A stretch of DNA of 57,895 nt from a virus. Its lineage: Duplodnaviria > Caudoviricetes. The DNA is taken from positions 1 through 57,895 of IMG/VR virus record IMGVR_UViG_3300037508_000466. One strand, given 5' to 3'. The notes beneath the pieces are model-generated. The model saw only the letters and a program-made list of their open reading frames with translations, made no database searches and was not told the DNA's origin. This document shows positions 45,301-52,139 of the stretch, piece by piece; positions within the stretch are counted from its first letter, which is position 1, and every line of letters starts with the position of its first letter. Both the position numbers and the translations under genes were made by a program.

Positions 45301-48280
45301 AGATGCTATGATGGAGGCGCTTAAGGCGGAGCCCGCATACATAAATGCAACGATTGACGTCAAGAAACAGATGATGGTAGGGTTGCTTAACTCGAGCGAC
45401 ATCAGAATGAGCCGGAATATGAGGGCGTCTCTGCGCAGGTTGGCAATAGAAGCTAAGAGCATAGTCCGGGGCGGGAAGATAGCGAACACTGCTAAGGCTC
45501 AATTGGTGTCTTACATTATTGCTAGTCTGCCCAAATCAAAGTACACCACTAAAGAGGTTAAGTCTTTGCTTGAAAAAGTCAAAAAGGCTACAACCACAAA
45601 TATGGCGCAGATTATAGACGAGGTGCGGGATACAATTGCGACCATAAAGAACAGAGATCTTAAGTCTAGCATATCCAAAATGCTGGAAACAAAGATAACG
45701 AGTAAGAAAAAGGGCGTAATCTTAGGCAGGACGACTGTCGATGCTCAAGTTTTGCTGAACGCCCTAAATGGGGGTATGCTCATGAGTGAAGATAGCCCAG
45801 CGGCAAACATTGAGGCCAAAATAGCAGAGCAGTCTGTTGCCCTCGACACTCTACTTAATGAGATTAGTGCTCAGCCGTATGAAGTCCAAGAAGAGATACA
45901 AAGGAACATAGAGGCTCTTACGATAGCGGTTAAATACAATGCATCCTTGCTTATGGATGACAGCAATGATGGCAAGACGGACGTGCTAAAAGAAGTTGAC
46001 GATGAGTTGAAAAGAATACTCCGAGGAGAGAGAGCAAAGTTCTTAGAGGATAAGATTTCAAAGGCTAAGCGTAGAAATGAGTTAGCTGCAATTATGGCAT
46101 CAGACATCCTGCAAGTTGATGCAGATGAGCTGATGGCATTAATTGACGACAAGGAAGAGCTTGATAAATTAAAGCAAAGACTTTCCGATAGAACTGCGAA
46201 AAGAGAACAGAGATTCGTCCAAAGGTTTATAGATACGATAGTTGGCTTCTTGTCTGGGACGACGGAAGACTTCACCGGCATCATAAACAAGGTGTCTATT
46301 TCGGCAGTATCGTTATTTGAAGGTCTCGCATATGATATGACTGTAAGGAGGATATCCGATGCTCAAAAGGAATACGATAGACTTAATATACTCACACAGG
46401 ATATGCTTCAAGATGCAGCCAAGAGGATATTTGGTCCTAAGTGGGAAAGGGTGCTTGCCAACAACGCTAAACAAAACATTTCCTTCCCTGGGTTTGACCA
46501 AAAATTTAGCGTCAATCAACTGTACTACATATACAATCAGTATAAAAATCCGGCAAATCAAGAGTCCGTATTAAGTTCATTCAAAGATGCTGCCTCTAAA
46601 TATGGGATGTCGGAGTTGGAGTTTTTTGAATATATGTTAGACTTCCTTGCGAGAAACCACCCTGATGTTATTGAGTGGGCTGACTGGCAGGTTGATGAGT
46701 ACTTCCCTGCTGTATACGAACTGTATAGCCCTGTGTATGAGCGTGTGTTTGGCAGTCCACTCCCATGGGAGAGGCATTATGCAGGAATGTTAGTAAGAGA
46801 AGGGGTGTCGTCAACTCCTGAAATTTCAACTCTCTTTAGTGAGTTTAGATTGATAAGCCCAACTGTAGCGGGGGCGTCTACAAAGTCTAGGGTTAAATCA
46901 AAGTCTTCCATTAAGTTCATGGATGGGGATAGCATACTAAAGAAATACACCAGAGAGATGAATTTCTTTGCGTCTTTTGAAGAAGCTATCCGTGATGTTG
47001 CAAGCATATTTAACAATCAGCTTGTCAAGAAAGCCATAGAAGCCACTTCTGGCAAAAAAGTTTACAACAGCCTTGTTACGATGATAGAACGAATACAAGG
47101 AACGGGGTATGTGGAAGATCCTGCGTCTTTCATTATCACAGGTACTAAACAATTTGCAATAGCCAAGTTGGCGGGGAACTTTAGGGTGTTCCTGTCTCAG
47201 ATGACTACTGGAATGGGGTATGTCGCTGATATAGGGGCTGTAAAATTTGGCGTATATGCAGGAAAGATTCTCGGCGATCCATTCAAGATAAAGAGCATGG
47301 TCGATGAAATGAAGGAGTATAATGCCACCCTAAAGTCAAGGCTTGATGGTATTGATCTCAACGTCCTGTTAGGGGCATTGGGCAAAACTGATGACAATTT
47401 CTGGATCCCTCAAAAGTGGGTTCAGCACATGATGATTTTGGCTAGACTGGGTGACAAGTATGGTATCTTGACTGGCCTCCCGTTATATGCATACTACAAG
47501 GACAAGTACTTAAAGCAAGGCGTGAATGAGGAGTCTGCAAAGAAATTAGCTGCCGAGAAGTTTATGACTATAACTTCAAATGTCGCTCAGAGCAACAACC
47601 CTCAGAACAAAGGGCTGACTCAAACGGCAAGTGGCGGGATTGGAGACTCTATATTAAAGTCATTTACGCTGTTTGCATCTCAGCCGTTGCAATATCTTCG
47701 TATAGAAATCATGTCCATTAGGAATATGTATAGAATACTCTTAAGCACAGGGCCAAAAGGAGTTAAGTCAGAGGAGTTTGCAAAAAATTTGAGATCGTTT
47801 ATAGCTTTTCACTTTGTGATGCCGCTATTCTATAACTATGTGTTCTTGCTTGGCATGCCCGGTATTCTCAATAAATGGGATGATGATGACGAGAAAGACA
47901 TGATACTAACCGGCATTTTAGGCAATATTACCGCATTGATACTTATTGGCGATGTCATAGAGTCGTTTAAGGACTGGTACACCGGTAAGCCATGGGCATC
48001 TGACATGAGGAATACTCCATTCCTGATGGCGGCCAAAGACATCGTGAAGTCACTTCAAGATTATAACCGTGCCAAATCAGATTCTAAAAGGCAGTCGGCT
48101 ATGATAAAAATTGCGGCAAATATTACCGACTTGTCCGGCATCCCGGCGGGTACTACGCTCAAATACTACAAGATAATAGAAGAGATGATTGACGGCAAAA
48201 GTAAATTTGGCAAGAAAATATACGATTTATTCAACATGGAAGAAGAGGTCAAAAAAGGTCCGCCACCTCCTCCTATGTAG
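36353..48280 (+). CDS. giant internal virion / large polyvalent protein (3975 aa) with zincin-like and ART-like domains
   Basis: HDFFGH, HEILGH, HEYGH, HEFGH; YHRT...GLFFST and WHGS...GWGLYFT...NYVVFD. Confidence 0.8.
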   Translation: MAKQPTKLPSIPNLSQLSEAGRALSPPVVSVPIDELSKERLKPKKEPVTTPLGRPIVKPFAPDVQQRIEERLSEEADKEIAEIDYSAEPIDRAYQMDVEEEGLLDEVLDDAFLKMTAPEPFVEDLAMGVSSPVKKKPSAKDITRYLNLNLGKYGIVFDVDELNNIEARAGDKSIKVDLSSGFLKSSEGQRSEIKRLKDFVVKEAVTPEVGVSISNENRIKNELAQELGVNQREAYDVYNRRKSIRNLIKYIDENEQNESAMASLEKKYKKGRFELLQDLKKEAEDISPTADAYERDYILEVDKRLEAQVKESTAQAIKLRNIGESLTKSSADRFKAVTGVDLTPDNVKNLKFANKDQYDSVAEILNDYAKGIDVQKQAFNKYEDAKMYFNQKTNKQIQEETVGFIEGVSNSIKNAYYSTKGAKEYVKYASGLITQEEANKRMAYYSSKPQLPLSKTQLMLMQRMEEEGTFDFLGYLSDPTVLLPAATTLAADALTQMITMTGGEMLSIQAAGGVIGAGVGLLATKTPAGAAAGFRMGMSAAGTFNAYVGNVVSNVALEVGLNVFQAMKEKYTPEQIRRGEWVNDPEIEEKAMKGLIKGGAIAGTEIILQAMLDKFRISSIASAANRVSRTVVKNAAFETIQEGGGEAIGQLAAYGELNGNEVVAEMLGAGGMVASNPFGFYREVYMQLRNNYYEDLADNMSKSRAFINNTGDDINKVQEWTGNMRKLGKITEETERKIVENIADIRQARIALSSLDDTDAQRTKTIEKGTNTKAEDRLADLYAAKRKLERTPALNKPLQQSIQNEIDSIVLNKKVPKEVLNLSPIIGTGPVYKVDGEYVGKRYLDMIVKRMPPSVLSRMNIEIENDDAMSRAVAEKIEDDVSFNAADYGDDKITFVANDLDGLPPRFRDKANYNNSTRKYEVEVDKSELAKPSKDVSDADYEAFKQGQVNDDVLASIADDISEGRRPTARQLEIYNANKDAVNAKVGAEYTVVDPSSNYFGALRKVQMGGVVYAKNKITGRVYEVKTKNALDLAYNSGARITAEKPVRKVSGEFTTQIVYGQKAAERGNRLFNEPIPEVSKIADRYFEATFGRPRPRWYGSRKLDKERAKRIAKAYEEMEDNPLDPMVKAAYEALANETMAQYRYMLDAGYVIEINNEEPYTSSADMIADVRDNKRMKIYSTESGYGNEGITPEQRERNILLHDSGYKDVNGQTLLVNDVFRAVHDFFGHAALGNSFGATGEENAWNLHARMYSPLARQAATAELRGQNSYTNFSGVNERMEALRQEAAKLREEGKFDEAAAIVQKVYDTIKFAEQKQGLLPEEFSMVDESDTGDEKFMLIVDGQEVLSPEGVDEFKKFAASVASRIGISVEFINDERALFKGKYIPSKKRAVINLAYANAETVFHEILGHPIIEAMRNDPEYSELYENLKNEIETTELGQEVLSNVKNKYKFEDPDDYIDEAIVTLLGIMTDKVFKEKQNTKLLGMLKEMLKKMASFVQSLVKNDFILLSDIPSNATIKDIATIIGASESKIVLPREGLSKRLSGDALLNAQDLSNELLDNGAKIDADGLVTVYHRTTDDKKAQIEQSGIMLGLEDGLFFSTKESGQAEGYGDAVIQLRIPIEKLQLDDTFGDEAHVRIPTSKPRQSVDVSAYLTQPTSEEIGMRDGREMYQVEGWHGSPYEFDKFTTEKIGTGEGAQAFGWGLYFTDLKSIAEMYAKKLSGDEYSYDGKLISKDAYSYLFLADDSYGDNFNENTIRDIAKVAINKIKKEYIPDLKEIAKTSRSEKQRSEMPNEIKKLKGIIKELENIISSKEIKLEKNKMLYKVTLHKGKTPDQYDWLEWDKPISDLNRNKINSQFEKENLPKEVSDSGANETMRLLGKKTDYKIYRPRPISGSGKDFYNDLTKYFYESGIKNPQKEASLFLLRAGIDGVKYPAESIARGVTSDTARGFNYVVFDENAITIDDRTQFQKTSEMEGASQEYVEKVLSTMMAKFNVPYQIVNEPSDSRLGWTSWDSMGNPTVYVNMAQKVGFDTPIHEYGHVFIHMIKNGNKNAWSQILKELKYGDGKQELERVKREYPELDESGAFMEAAASLLGKYGAEQLDPKTGEYRLAEKIWTAVKQVINDFLKASGIKYKLNVAQVPASINAASTLQMLSLLLTDPDFSLTGGGVGMAKVPFQLSAEANNMLQYISNRFESTIVSSDSYEQTKFIFSIKSLNRFRNQVVNKRFREKNNKFVEALKNKSDRNLLIDVLKNVRQILDDNEHNSGPLHDVELLRAFSELDRLSVHSYGYSDAVSFLGDLFLIHHGNLLKILRNSVLKYPPAMLGLMNLRRLISGSNFDDVSTQDNKAVRTFLMPNKGEDVFADIISSIELDEITEFTDEDSANQDLVNYIAEDFATLTAMRGLSMTRYAQETYIRVGSGDPINTLASTYYVATNVSGDFNLSDAIYRDPSRLAMSEEFDDLILGNIYGFSADYVLVDLLTGDAGKVLPSDDSVIESVKNALTSREKEAYDNSAANQASNYRKGTFEYFHKGTNRMEGIEVTGNYSEYNKSIGISFTNNGPTYSGYTDNKAGMTVMPLVVKKIIEMFSDVEYDSINFTPLSNDGVNQKIKQDSQGKNVNNRLNMYNVYAIRLFGEYSLIKIDDDYQRSIPIPEVFKTKVLRDVVQDQRPSSSNTEWAVNSAPSNVVELAKFLNHAFPGVEVFMSADEFNRMRENGELDMVGEVYGMTKDGKIYINPDVHNSESELFNTLIHEFGHIWLNYIKVHNSALYARGIELVKSTKEYKAELAKGKSPNQAADEALAIIIGNRGAEVVNPKMKNWLKSLWRYITKYLGPIETMTLDDFINTALSDLLSGKPIPQSSEAFEVTLIPNPQFREDRDIIDIVRDARDRGYTDDAIKRYLQINKYEQDDITMFMSGLGNVITNIKSPELMPFPPAFANVPGGYHEGLAVWNRVRTVGVDLYRNRKKRKAIKGQKGLGDTIVDAMMEALKAEPAYINATIDVKKQMMVGLLNSSDIRMSRNMRASLRRLAIEAKSIVRGGKIANTAKAQLVSYIIASLPKSKYTTKEVKSLLEKVKKATTTNMAQIIDEVRDTIATIKNRDLKSSISKMLETKITSKKKGVILGRTTVDAQVLLNALNGGMLMSEDSPAANIEAKIAEQSVALDTLLNEISAQPYEVQEEIQRNIEALTIAVKYNASLLMDDSNDGKTDVLKEVDDELKRILRGERAKFLEDKISKAKRRNELAAIMASDILQVDADELMALIDDKEELDKLKQRLSDRTAKREQRFVQRFIDTIVGFLSGTTEDFTGIINKVSISAVSLFEGLAYDMTVRRISDAQKEYDRLNILTQDMLQDAAKRIFGPKWERVLANNAKQNISFPGFDQKFSVNQLYYIYNQYKNPANQESVLSSFKDAASKYGMSELEFFEYMLDFLARNHPDVIEWADWQVDEYFPAVYELYSPVYERVFGSPLPWERHYAGMLVREGVSSTPEISTLFSEFRLISPTVAGASTKSRVKSKSSIKFMDGDSILKKYTREMNFFASFEEAIRDVASIFNNQLVKKAIEATSGKKVYNSLVTMIERIQGTGYVEDPASFIITGTKQFAIAKLAGNFRVFLSQMTTGMGYVADIGAVKFGVYAGKILGDPFKIKSMVDEMKEYNATLKSRLDGIDLNVLLGALGKTDDNFWIPQKWVQHMMILARLGDKYGILTGLPLYAYYKDKYLKQGVNEESAKKLAAEKFMTITSNVAQSNNPQNKGLTQTASGGIGDSILKSFTLFASQPLQYLRIEIMSIRNMYRILLSTGPKGVKSEEFAKNLRSFIAFHFVMPLFYNYVFLLGMPGILNKWDDDDEKDMILTGILGNITALILIGDVIESFKDWYTGKPWASDMRNTPFLMAAKDIVKSLQDYNRAKSDSKRQSAMIKIAANITDLSGIPAGTTLKYYKIIEEMIDGKSKFGKKIYDLFNMEEEVKKGPPPPPM

Positions 48281-48296
48281 TGTAATGTCATTACAC
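48280..48296. repeat. 17-bp palindrome at the convergence point of the two transcription blocks
   Basis: Exact GTGTAATGTCATTACAC starting at the last base of the giant ORF stop. Confidence 0.95.
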
Positions 48297-48306
48297 CATT
48301 CATTTA

Positions 48307-48402
48307 GCGCCGAGGTGGGGTTCGAACCCACATTTACAACTTCTGTTCACGGTCGGGGTGCGCACTCCCTAATCGTCGTTTTACCACTTAAACTACTCGG
48401 CT
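48307..48402 (-). ncRNA. tRNA-like RNA with expanded anticodon arm
   Basis: GCCGAG/CTCGGC acceptor, D arm GTTT-AAGTGGTA-AAAC, T arm GTGGG-TTCGAAC-CCCAC; ~30-nt insert instead of a 7-nt loop. Confidence 0.75.
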
Positions 48403-48409
48403 TTTTTTG

Positions 48410-48544
48410 TAGTCAGGACAGGATTCGAACCTGTGGTGCAAGTTATTAGGTGAAGTAATACTCTTCATTCATCAGACTGAGCTGAACCTCTCATTACCTT
48501 GCCGACTTGTAGTAGTTGCGTCTAACCAATTCCGCCACCTGACT
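48410..48544 (-). ncRNA. tRNA-like RNA (Leu/Ser-type D arm) with 83-nt structured insert
   Basis: AGTCAGG/CCTGACT acceptor, TGGCGGAATTGGTTAGACGC D region, ACAGG-TTCGAAT-CCTGT T arm. Confidence 0.75.
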
Positions 48545-48552
48545 GTTTAATC

Positions 48553-48867
48553 CTAAAGATGCTCCCCGAATCCGTGTTGAGTGGCTACCAACCGAGGGTT
48601 TTCCAAGTAGCGACCAATCTCTTTGTATGCAGCCTCAATGCTTGTGAACGCAATGCTCTTGCATCCGACCTTGACAATACATCCCCTGTCCAATGGAAGG
48701 ATGCCAATCTCCCAGCGTTTTAGGATGTCGAGCTTTCTGCGCTCATCTATTTGCTCTTCGCTTTCGCAAGGTTCGATTGGTGTCTTGCACACTGGCATCT
48801 CTTCGAGGCATTGTGGCATTTCTTGTTCAGGCTCTGGTAATGGCCTTGGTACATGGGCATGAATCAT
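48553..48867 (-). CDS. hypothetical protein (104 aa)
   Basis: Start revised to ATG 48867 after AACCTAAACCAAAATAAA; LDRGCIVKVGCKSIAF motif. Confidence 0.7.
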   Translation of the reverse strand: MIHAHVPRPLPEPEQEMPQCLEEMPVCKTPIEPCESEEQIDERRKLDILKRWEIGILPLDRGCIVKVGCKSIAFTSIEAAYKEIGRYLENPRLVATQHGFGEHL

Positions 48868-48884
48868 TTTATTTTGGTTTAGGT

Positions 48885-49223
48885 TTAATTTACTATAATG
48901 TTCCAGTCTTCCGCAAGCATATCTGTCTGAGATGCCAGCCAACCGGTTAGAATTTTTCTGTCAGCAGTAAACATTCTGATACTGCCAAGCGCCTCAAATG
49001 TTTCTCCGCCTACCTGCTCTTCAATAACCTGGCGAAGTGCGGGGTCATGAATGGCTTTTGTTGGGACAGTCCCTGCTGGAAGTAAAAACAAAAACATATT
49101 CTTGCCATTCCAGCCACTGCGTGCAACACGGTGTCCTTGTTTGAGTGCCTCAAGGGCCTCACCAAATGTGCCTCTTCCGACGTGAAGTAGGCCAAAAGGT
49201 CCGGGTGATGTTAATTGTTCCAT
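48885..49223 (-). CDS. tad2: DUF2829 / Tad2-family anti-Thoeris sponge protein
   Basis: FGEALEALKQGHRVARSGWNGK...WLASQTDMLAEDW signature. Confidence 0.85.
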   Translation of the reverse strand: MEQLTSPGPFGLLHVGRGTFGEALEALKQGHRVARSGWNGKNMFLFLLPAGTVPTKAIHDPALRQVIEEQVGGETFEALGSIRMFTADRKILTGWLASQTDMLAEDWNIIVN

Positions 49224-49254
49224 TTTATTTTGGTTTAGGTTACACAAATATACA

Positions 49255-49506
49255 CTACTTCTCCCCAATCTCCCCCTTCAACTTCTCAACGTAGACCGCC
49301 GCATCCATCAACTCCTCTTGCAAGTGCTGCAACCACTGCATCAGCGTCAGGTCATCGCGCTCCATCGTAGTTCCGTACTTCTCTTTGCCATTTTTCGCTC
49401 TTGTCCTAAGTTGGGCAACAACGGCCTCGGTGATTGCTCTTGTGCGAAGTTGGGCAACAACGGCTTCCGTGATTGCGTCAGTCATTGGATATATGCTATC
49501 TGACAT
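49255..49506 (-). CDS. MazG-like all-alpha NTP pyrophosphatase-like protein
   Basis: GKEKYGTT...WLQHLQEELMDAAVY. Confidence 0.6.
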   Translation of the reverse strand: MSDSIYPMTDAITEAVVAQLRTRAITEAVVAQLRTRAKNGKEKYGTTMERDDLTLMQWLQHLQEELMDAAVYVEKLKGEIGEK

Positions 49507-49948
49507 CTTTCACAAATTGACCGTTGACCATTTTTCCTGTCCTGCTCTTAATCACATTGTACGCAGACTCAAGGCAGTCCTCAACAGACATCCCCTGCAT
49601 CTTAGCCTGTATGATAATAGTCACCAATATATCGCCAATAGCATCTTTAATGTCATCTGCTTTGTTCTCGTAAATAGCAACAACTAATTCCGATACCTCC
49701 TCAACAGTCTTCATAGCCTGGGCAAATGGGGTGGCTTTTTCGAGTATGCCCTTGTCCATCGCCCATTTCTCCACATTGCGCTCCATGGTCTTGTACTTAG
49801 ACATATGAGTGAACAAATCAACTCTGCTATATCCGGCTCTCTGTGACACATCTATAAGCATATCGCATAGCTTTTCAACGCTAACATTCGCTGCGTCTGT
49901 TTCTACGGAAGAGTGAACTCCGTCCTTTACTATAGTTACTTTCATCAT
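49496..49948 (-). CDS. mazG: MazG-like nucleotide pyrophosphohydrolase
   Basis: KTVEEVSEL...DAIGDILVT...CLESAYNVIKSRTGKMVNGQFVK. Confidence 0.85.
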   Translation of the reverse strand: MMKVTIVKDGVHSSVETDAANVSVEKLCDMLIDVSQRAGYSRVDLFTHMSKYKTMERNVEKWAMDKGILEKATPFAQAMKTVEEVSELVVAIYENKADDIKDAIGDILVTIIIQAKMQGMSVEDCLESAYNVIKSRTGKMVNGQFVKDVR

Positions 49949-50151
49949 TGTTCTAGTAGTTGAGATTGCATAAGGGCCATGTCCATACTCGCGCCTAAGT
50001 TATAGGCAATGAAGCTGGCATTAGTGATTGTCAGATTACCGAAACTGGTTTCCGACTCTAAGATCGGGATGATTTTACTCCTAATCTCTTGGTTTAATAC
50101 AGCCAACTTGTGGTGCATTTCTGGCCGAAGCCTTTGATAAAGTGTTTTCAT
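49945..50151 (-). CDS. hypothetical protein
   Basis: ORF coupled to both neighbours. Confidence 0.6.
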   Translation of the reverse strand: MKTLYQRLRPEMHHKLAVLNQEIRSKIIPILESETSFGNLTITNASFIAYNLGASMDMALMQSQLLEQ

Positions 50152-50555
50152 GTATTTGAATTTAAACTTAAAATAGGGACAATAACTCTGCCATGCGCGT
50201 TAGCGTAGGCACTATCATAGTGAGCGAAGAAACCATACATGTTGCCTTCTTCACTAAGCGTGTAGCCTATCACGCGCCTAGACTTATATGTAGATTCAAT
50301 GCTGTCGTACAGCCGCTTATACTTACTGTCATACGACATGTAACCCTCGTGAGTGGTTATGTAGTACATAACCGTCGTGTGATTATTGAGATTCAGTTCA
50401 TTAGCAATCTCCTGAAGAGTCAACAGCGTGTGCTTACGCATTATCGCCGAACACAGCCTCCTTGCCATCACTGCATCTTTAGACCTGTGCGTAGATGTTA
50501 TTTGTTCATACGGGACTCCCGTCCTCTCTGATACTATCTTGACTATTAATTCCAT
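50148..50555 (-). CDS. DnaA C-terminal (domain IV)-like HTH protein
   Basis: I.S..RSK..V.AR.....I.R.HT.LTLQEIA..LN...HTTVMY matches the DnaA domain IV pattern. Confidence 0.8.
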   Translation of the reverse strand: MELIVKIVSERTGVPYEQITSTHRSKDAVMARRLCSAIMRKHTLLTLQEIANELNLNNHTTVMYYITTHEGYMSYDSKYKRLYDSIESTYKSRRVIGYTLSEEGNMYGFFAHYDSAYANAHGRVIVPILSLNSNT

Positions 50556-50955
50556 TATATTCTTTTTTAGCGTCAAACGATGGGCAGGCTTTATTCACCC
50601 CGGGGAAGTCCTTATGCCCTTGGATTATTGCGGTGGGGTACTTTTTTTTCCAGCTATGAAGCACTTGGAGGAGGGCTTCCTTCTGACCGCCCGTTCTATT
50701 GTCGAGTGGATTAAGCCTCGAATCGACACCTCCGATATAACTAACATGAAGTGAAACAGAATTATGCCCAGCGACCCCGTTACATACCGTTTCATCCGAA
50801 GCCAATGTGATAACCTCCCCATTTGGCTTTACAATTTTATGATAGCCAGGTGATTTCCATTTTAATTGCTCTTTCCAATACTTAACAATAGCATCAACGG
50901 AAGTCGCTTGAGGCGTTGCCGTGCAGTGAACGACTATGTATTTGATGTTTCTCAT
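50506..50955 (-). CDS. N-acetylmuramoyl-L-alanine amidase (T7 lysozyme-like endolysin)
   Basis: IVVHCTAT, GYH, GHN..S, GHKDFPGVNKACPSF. Confidence 0.92.
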   Translation of the reverse strand: MRNIKYIVVHCTATPQATSVDAIVKYWKEQLKWKSPGYHKIVKPNGEVITLASDETVCNGVAGHNSVSLHVSYIGGVDSRLNPLDNRTGGQKEALLQVLHSWKKKYPTAIIQGHKDFPGVNKACPSFDAKKEYNGINSQDSIREDGSPV

Positions 50956-51108
50956 ACTCTGATACAAAAGTAATTATTTTCCATTTCAGTTTTACACAAT
51001 ATTTGTGTCATACTATGTAAAGCCATCCCATTGTTTGTGTCGTCAAGGTATTGCTTGACATTACACCCGATAAGGTATGAATCGCTGTGTTTACCCCTTA
51101 TTTACACC

Positions 51109-52002
51109 CTATCGGGTACTCGTAGTCGTAAACCGAGCATCTATAATACGATTATCAACGCCATCCATCCTCATCTTACAGTATTTCAGCTTCATCCAGT
51201 AGCCTCCTAATGGCTTAGGCGGCCTGCCTCTCTCAACGTGGAAGCCACCCACTCCTCCCTGATACTCCTCCTTGTATGTCGCTGTACGAATTTGGTGTAG
51301 AGGCCGTTGTTTAATCAGATAGTCCTTCCTGTTTAGGTATGTAACCATGTTGATATGATGATACAACTCGTGAACGTGACCCTGCCAAGTACAGTCATAA
51401 CCTTCTACCATCGCCATAATCCTTTGGTCTTGAATAACCCCTTTTGTTACTGAACCGCCTCCGCCCGAGCCGTGGTAGTAGTACATAGCGAAACGGTTGT
51501 AATGCTTCGCAACTGTGCCGTTACGGAATCCAAACAAGATTGCCCCACCGTATCCTCCAATCTGAACATTGGTCTTGCACTCGTGATTGAGTAGGGTTAC
51601 AAACATCTGTAGGGCATCGAACTCTACATTTTTTATTACACCCGTTTCATGGTTTCCATACCCTATAAGGATGATATGATGAGCATATGGCTTAAACCAT
51701 TCGACAGCACTATTGACAACAGCCTGAAGGTAGTTGCCCACATTATGCTCAGGTCTTATCTCGTTCTTGTTCCTGCGCGGATCCCCACGCCCCTGCATTA
51801 AACAAAAGAAGTCCCCATTTACGATAATCCCCGCACCACGTTCTACTGCCTCATCGAGGTGTTTTTTGAGTAAGACCCTATCGCAATGAGGATTGTCCCA
51901 ATGAAGGTCGCTTATCAACAAGAACTCCGCCTCTCTCCCCTCTAAGTCAACGGTATGTACGTTGGCCGAATGCCTGGTTATCGTTTTTCCCAAATGCTCC
52001 AC
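51109..52002 (-). CDS. calcineurin-like metallophosphoesterase
   Basis: SDLHWD, NGD, GNHE, HGSG, GHVH motifs. Confidence 0.85.
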   Translation of the reverse strand: MEHLGKTITRHSANVHTVDLEGREAEFLLISDLHWDNPHCDRVLLKKHLDEAVERGAGIIVNGDFFCLMQGRGDPRRNKNEIRPEHNVGNYLQAVVNSAVEWFKPYAHHIILIGYGNHETGVIKNVEFDALQMFVTLLNHECKTNVQIGGYGGAILFGFRNGTVAKHYNRFAMYYYHGSGGGGSVTKGVIQDQRIMAMVEGYDCTWQGHVHELYHHINMVTYLNRKDYLIKQRPLHQIRTATYKEEYQGGVGGFHVERGRPPKPLGGYWMKLKYCKMRMDGVDNRIIDARFTTTSTR

Positions 52003-52139
52003 ACGGCAGCAAATAATGTTATGATTAACCCAATTAGCTGTTCAGCATCTTGAGCATCAATATGGCCTTTGTAGATGGCAAATCCTCCGATAGCAGATAG
52101 CGCATGGCGCAAAATTCCTAGTAACTGAGTTTGTTTCAT
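51978..52139 (-). CDS. putative holin (53 aa, MKQTQLLGILRHALSAIGG...AVWSIWEKR)
   Basis: Manually translated; two hydrophobic segments, G..RH.L..GG and WS..K motif; promoter at 52144-52151. Confidence 0.7.
   Translation of the reverse strand: MKQTQLLGILRHALSAIGGFAIYKGHIDAQDAEQLIGLIITLFAAVWSIWEKR

Noticed and set aside
36353-48280. crAss-like virion RNA polymerase
   Set aside because: No DxDxD catalytic motif in a DFDID/DFDGD context was found in the translation
48435-48517. Hammerhead ribozyme or group I intron in the tRNA insert
   Set aside because: CTGATGA is present but there is no GAAA core with matching stems, and 83 nt is far too short for a group I intron
48307-48544. Canonical or suppressor tRNA genes and stop-codon recoding
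   Set aside because: No 7-nt anticodon loop; TAG and TGA end well-formed genes (major capsid, giant protein, groEL) and long genes are uninterrupted in code 11
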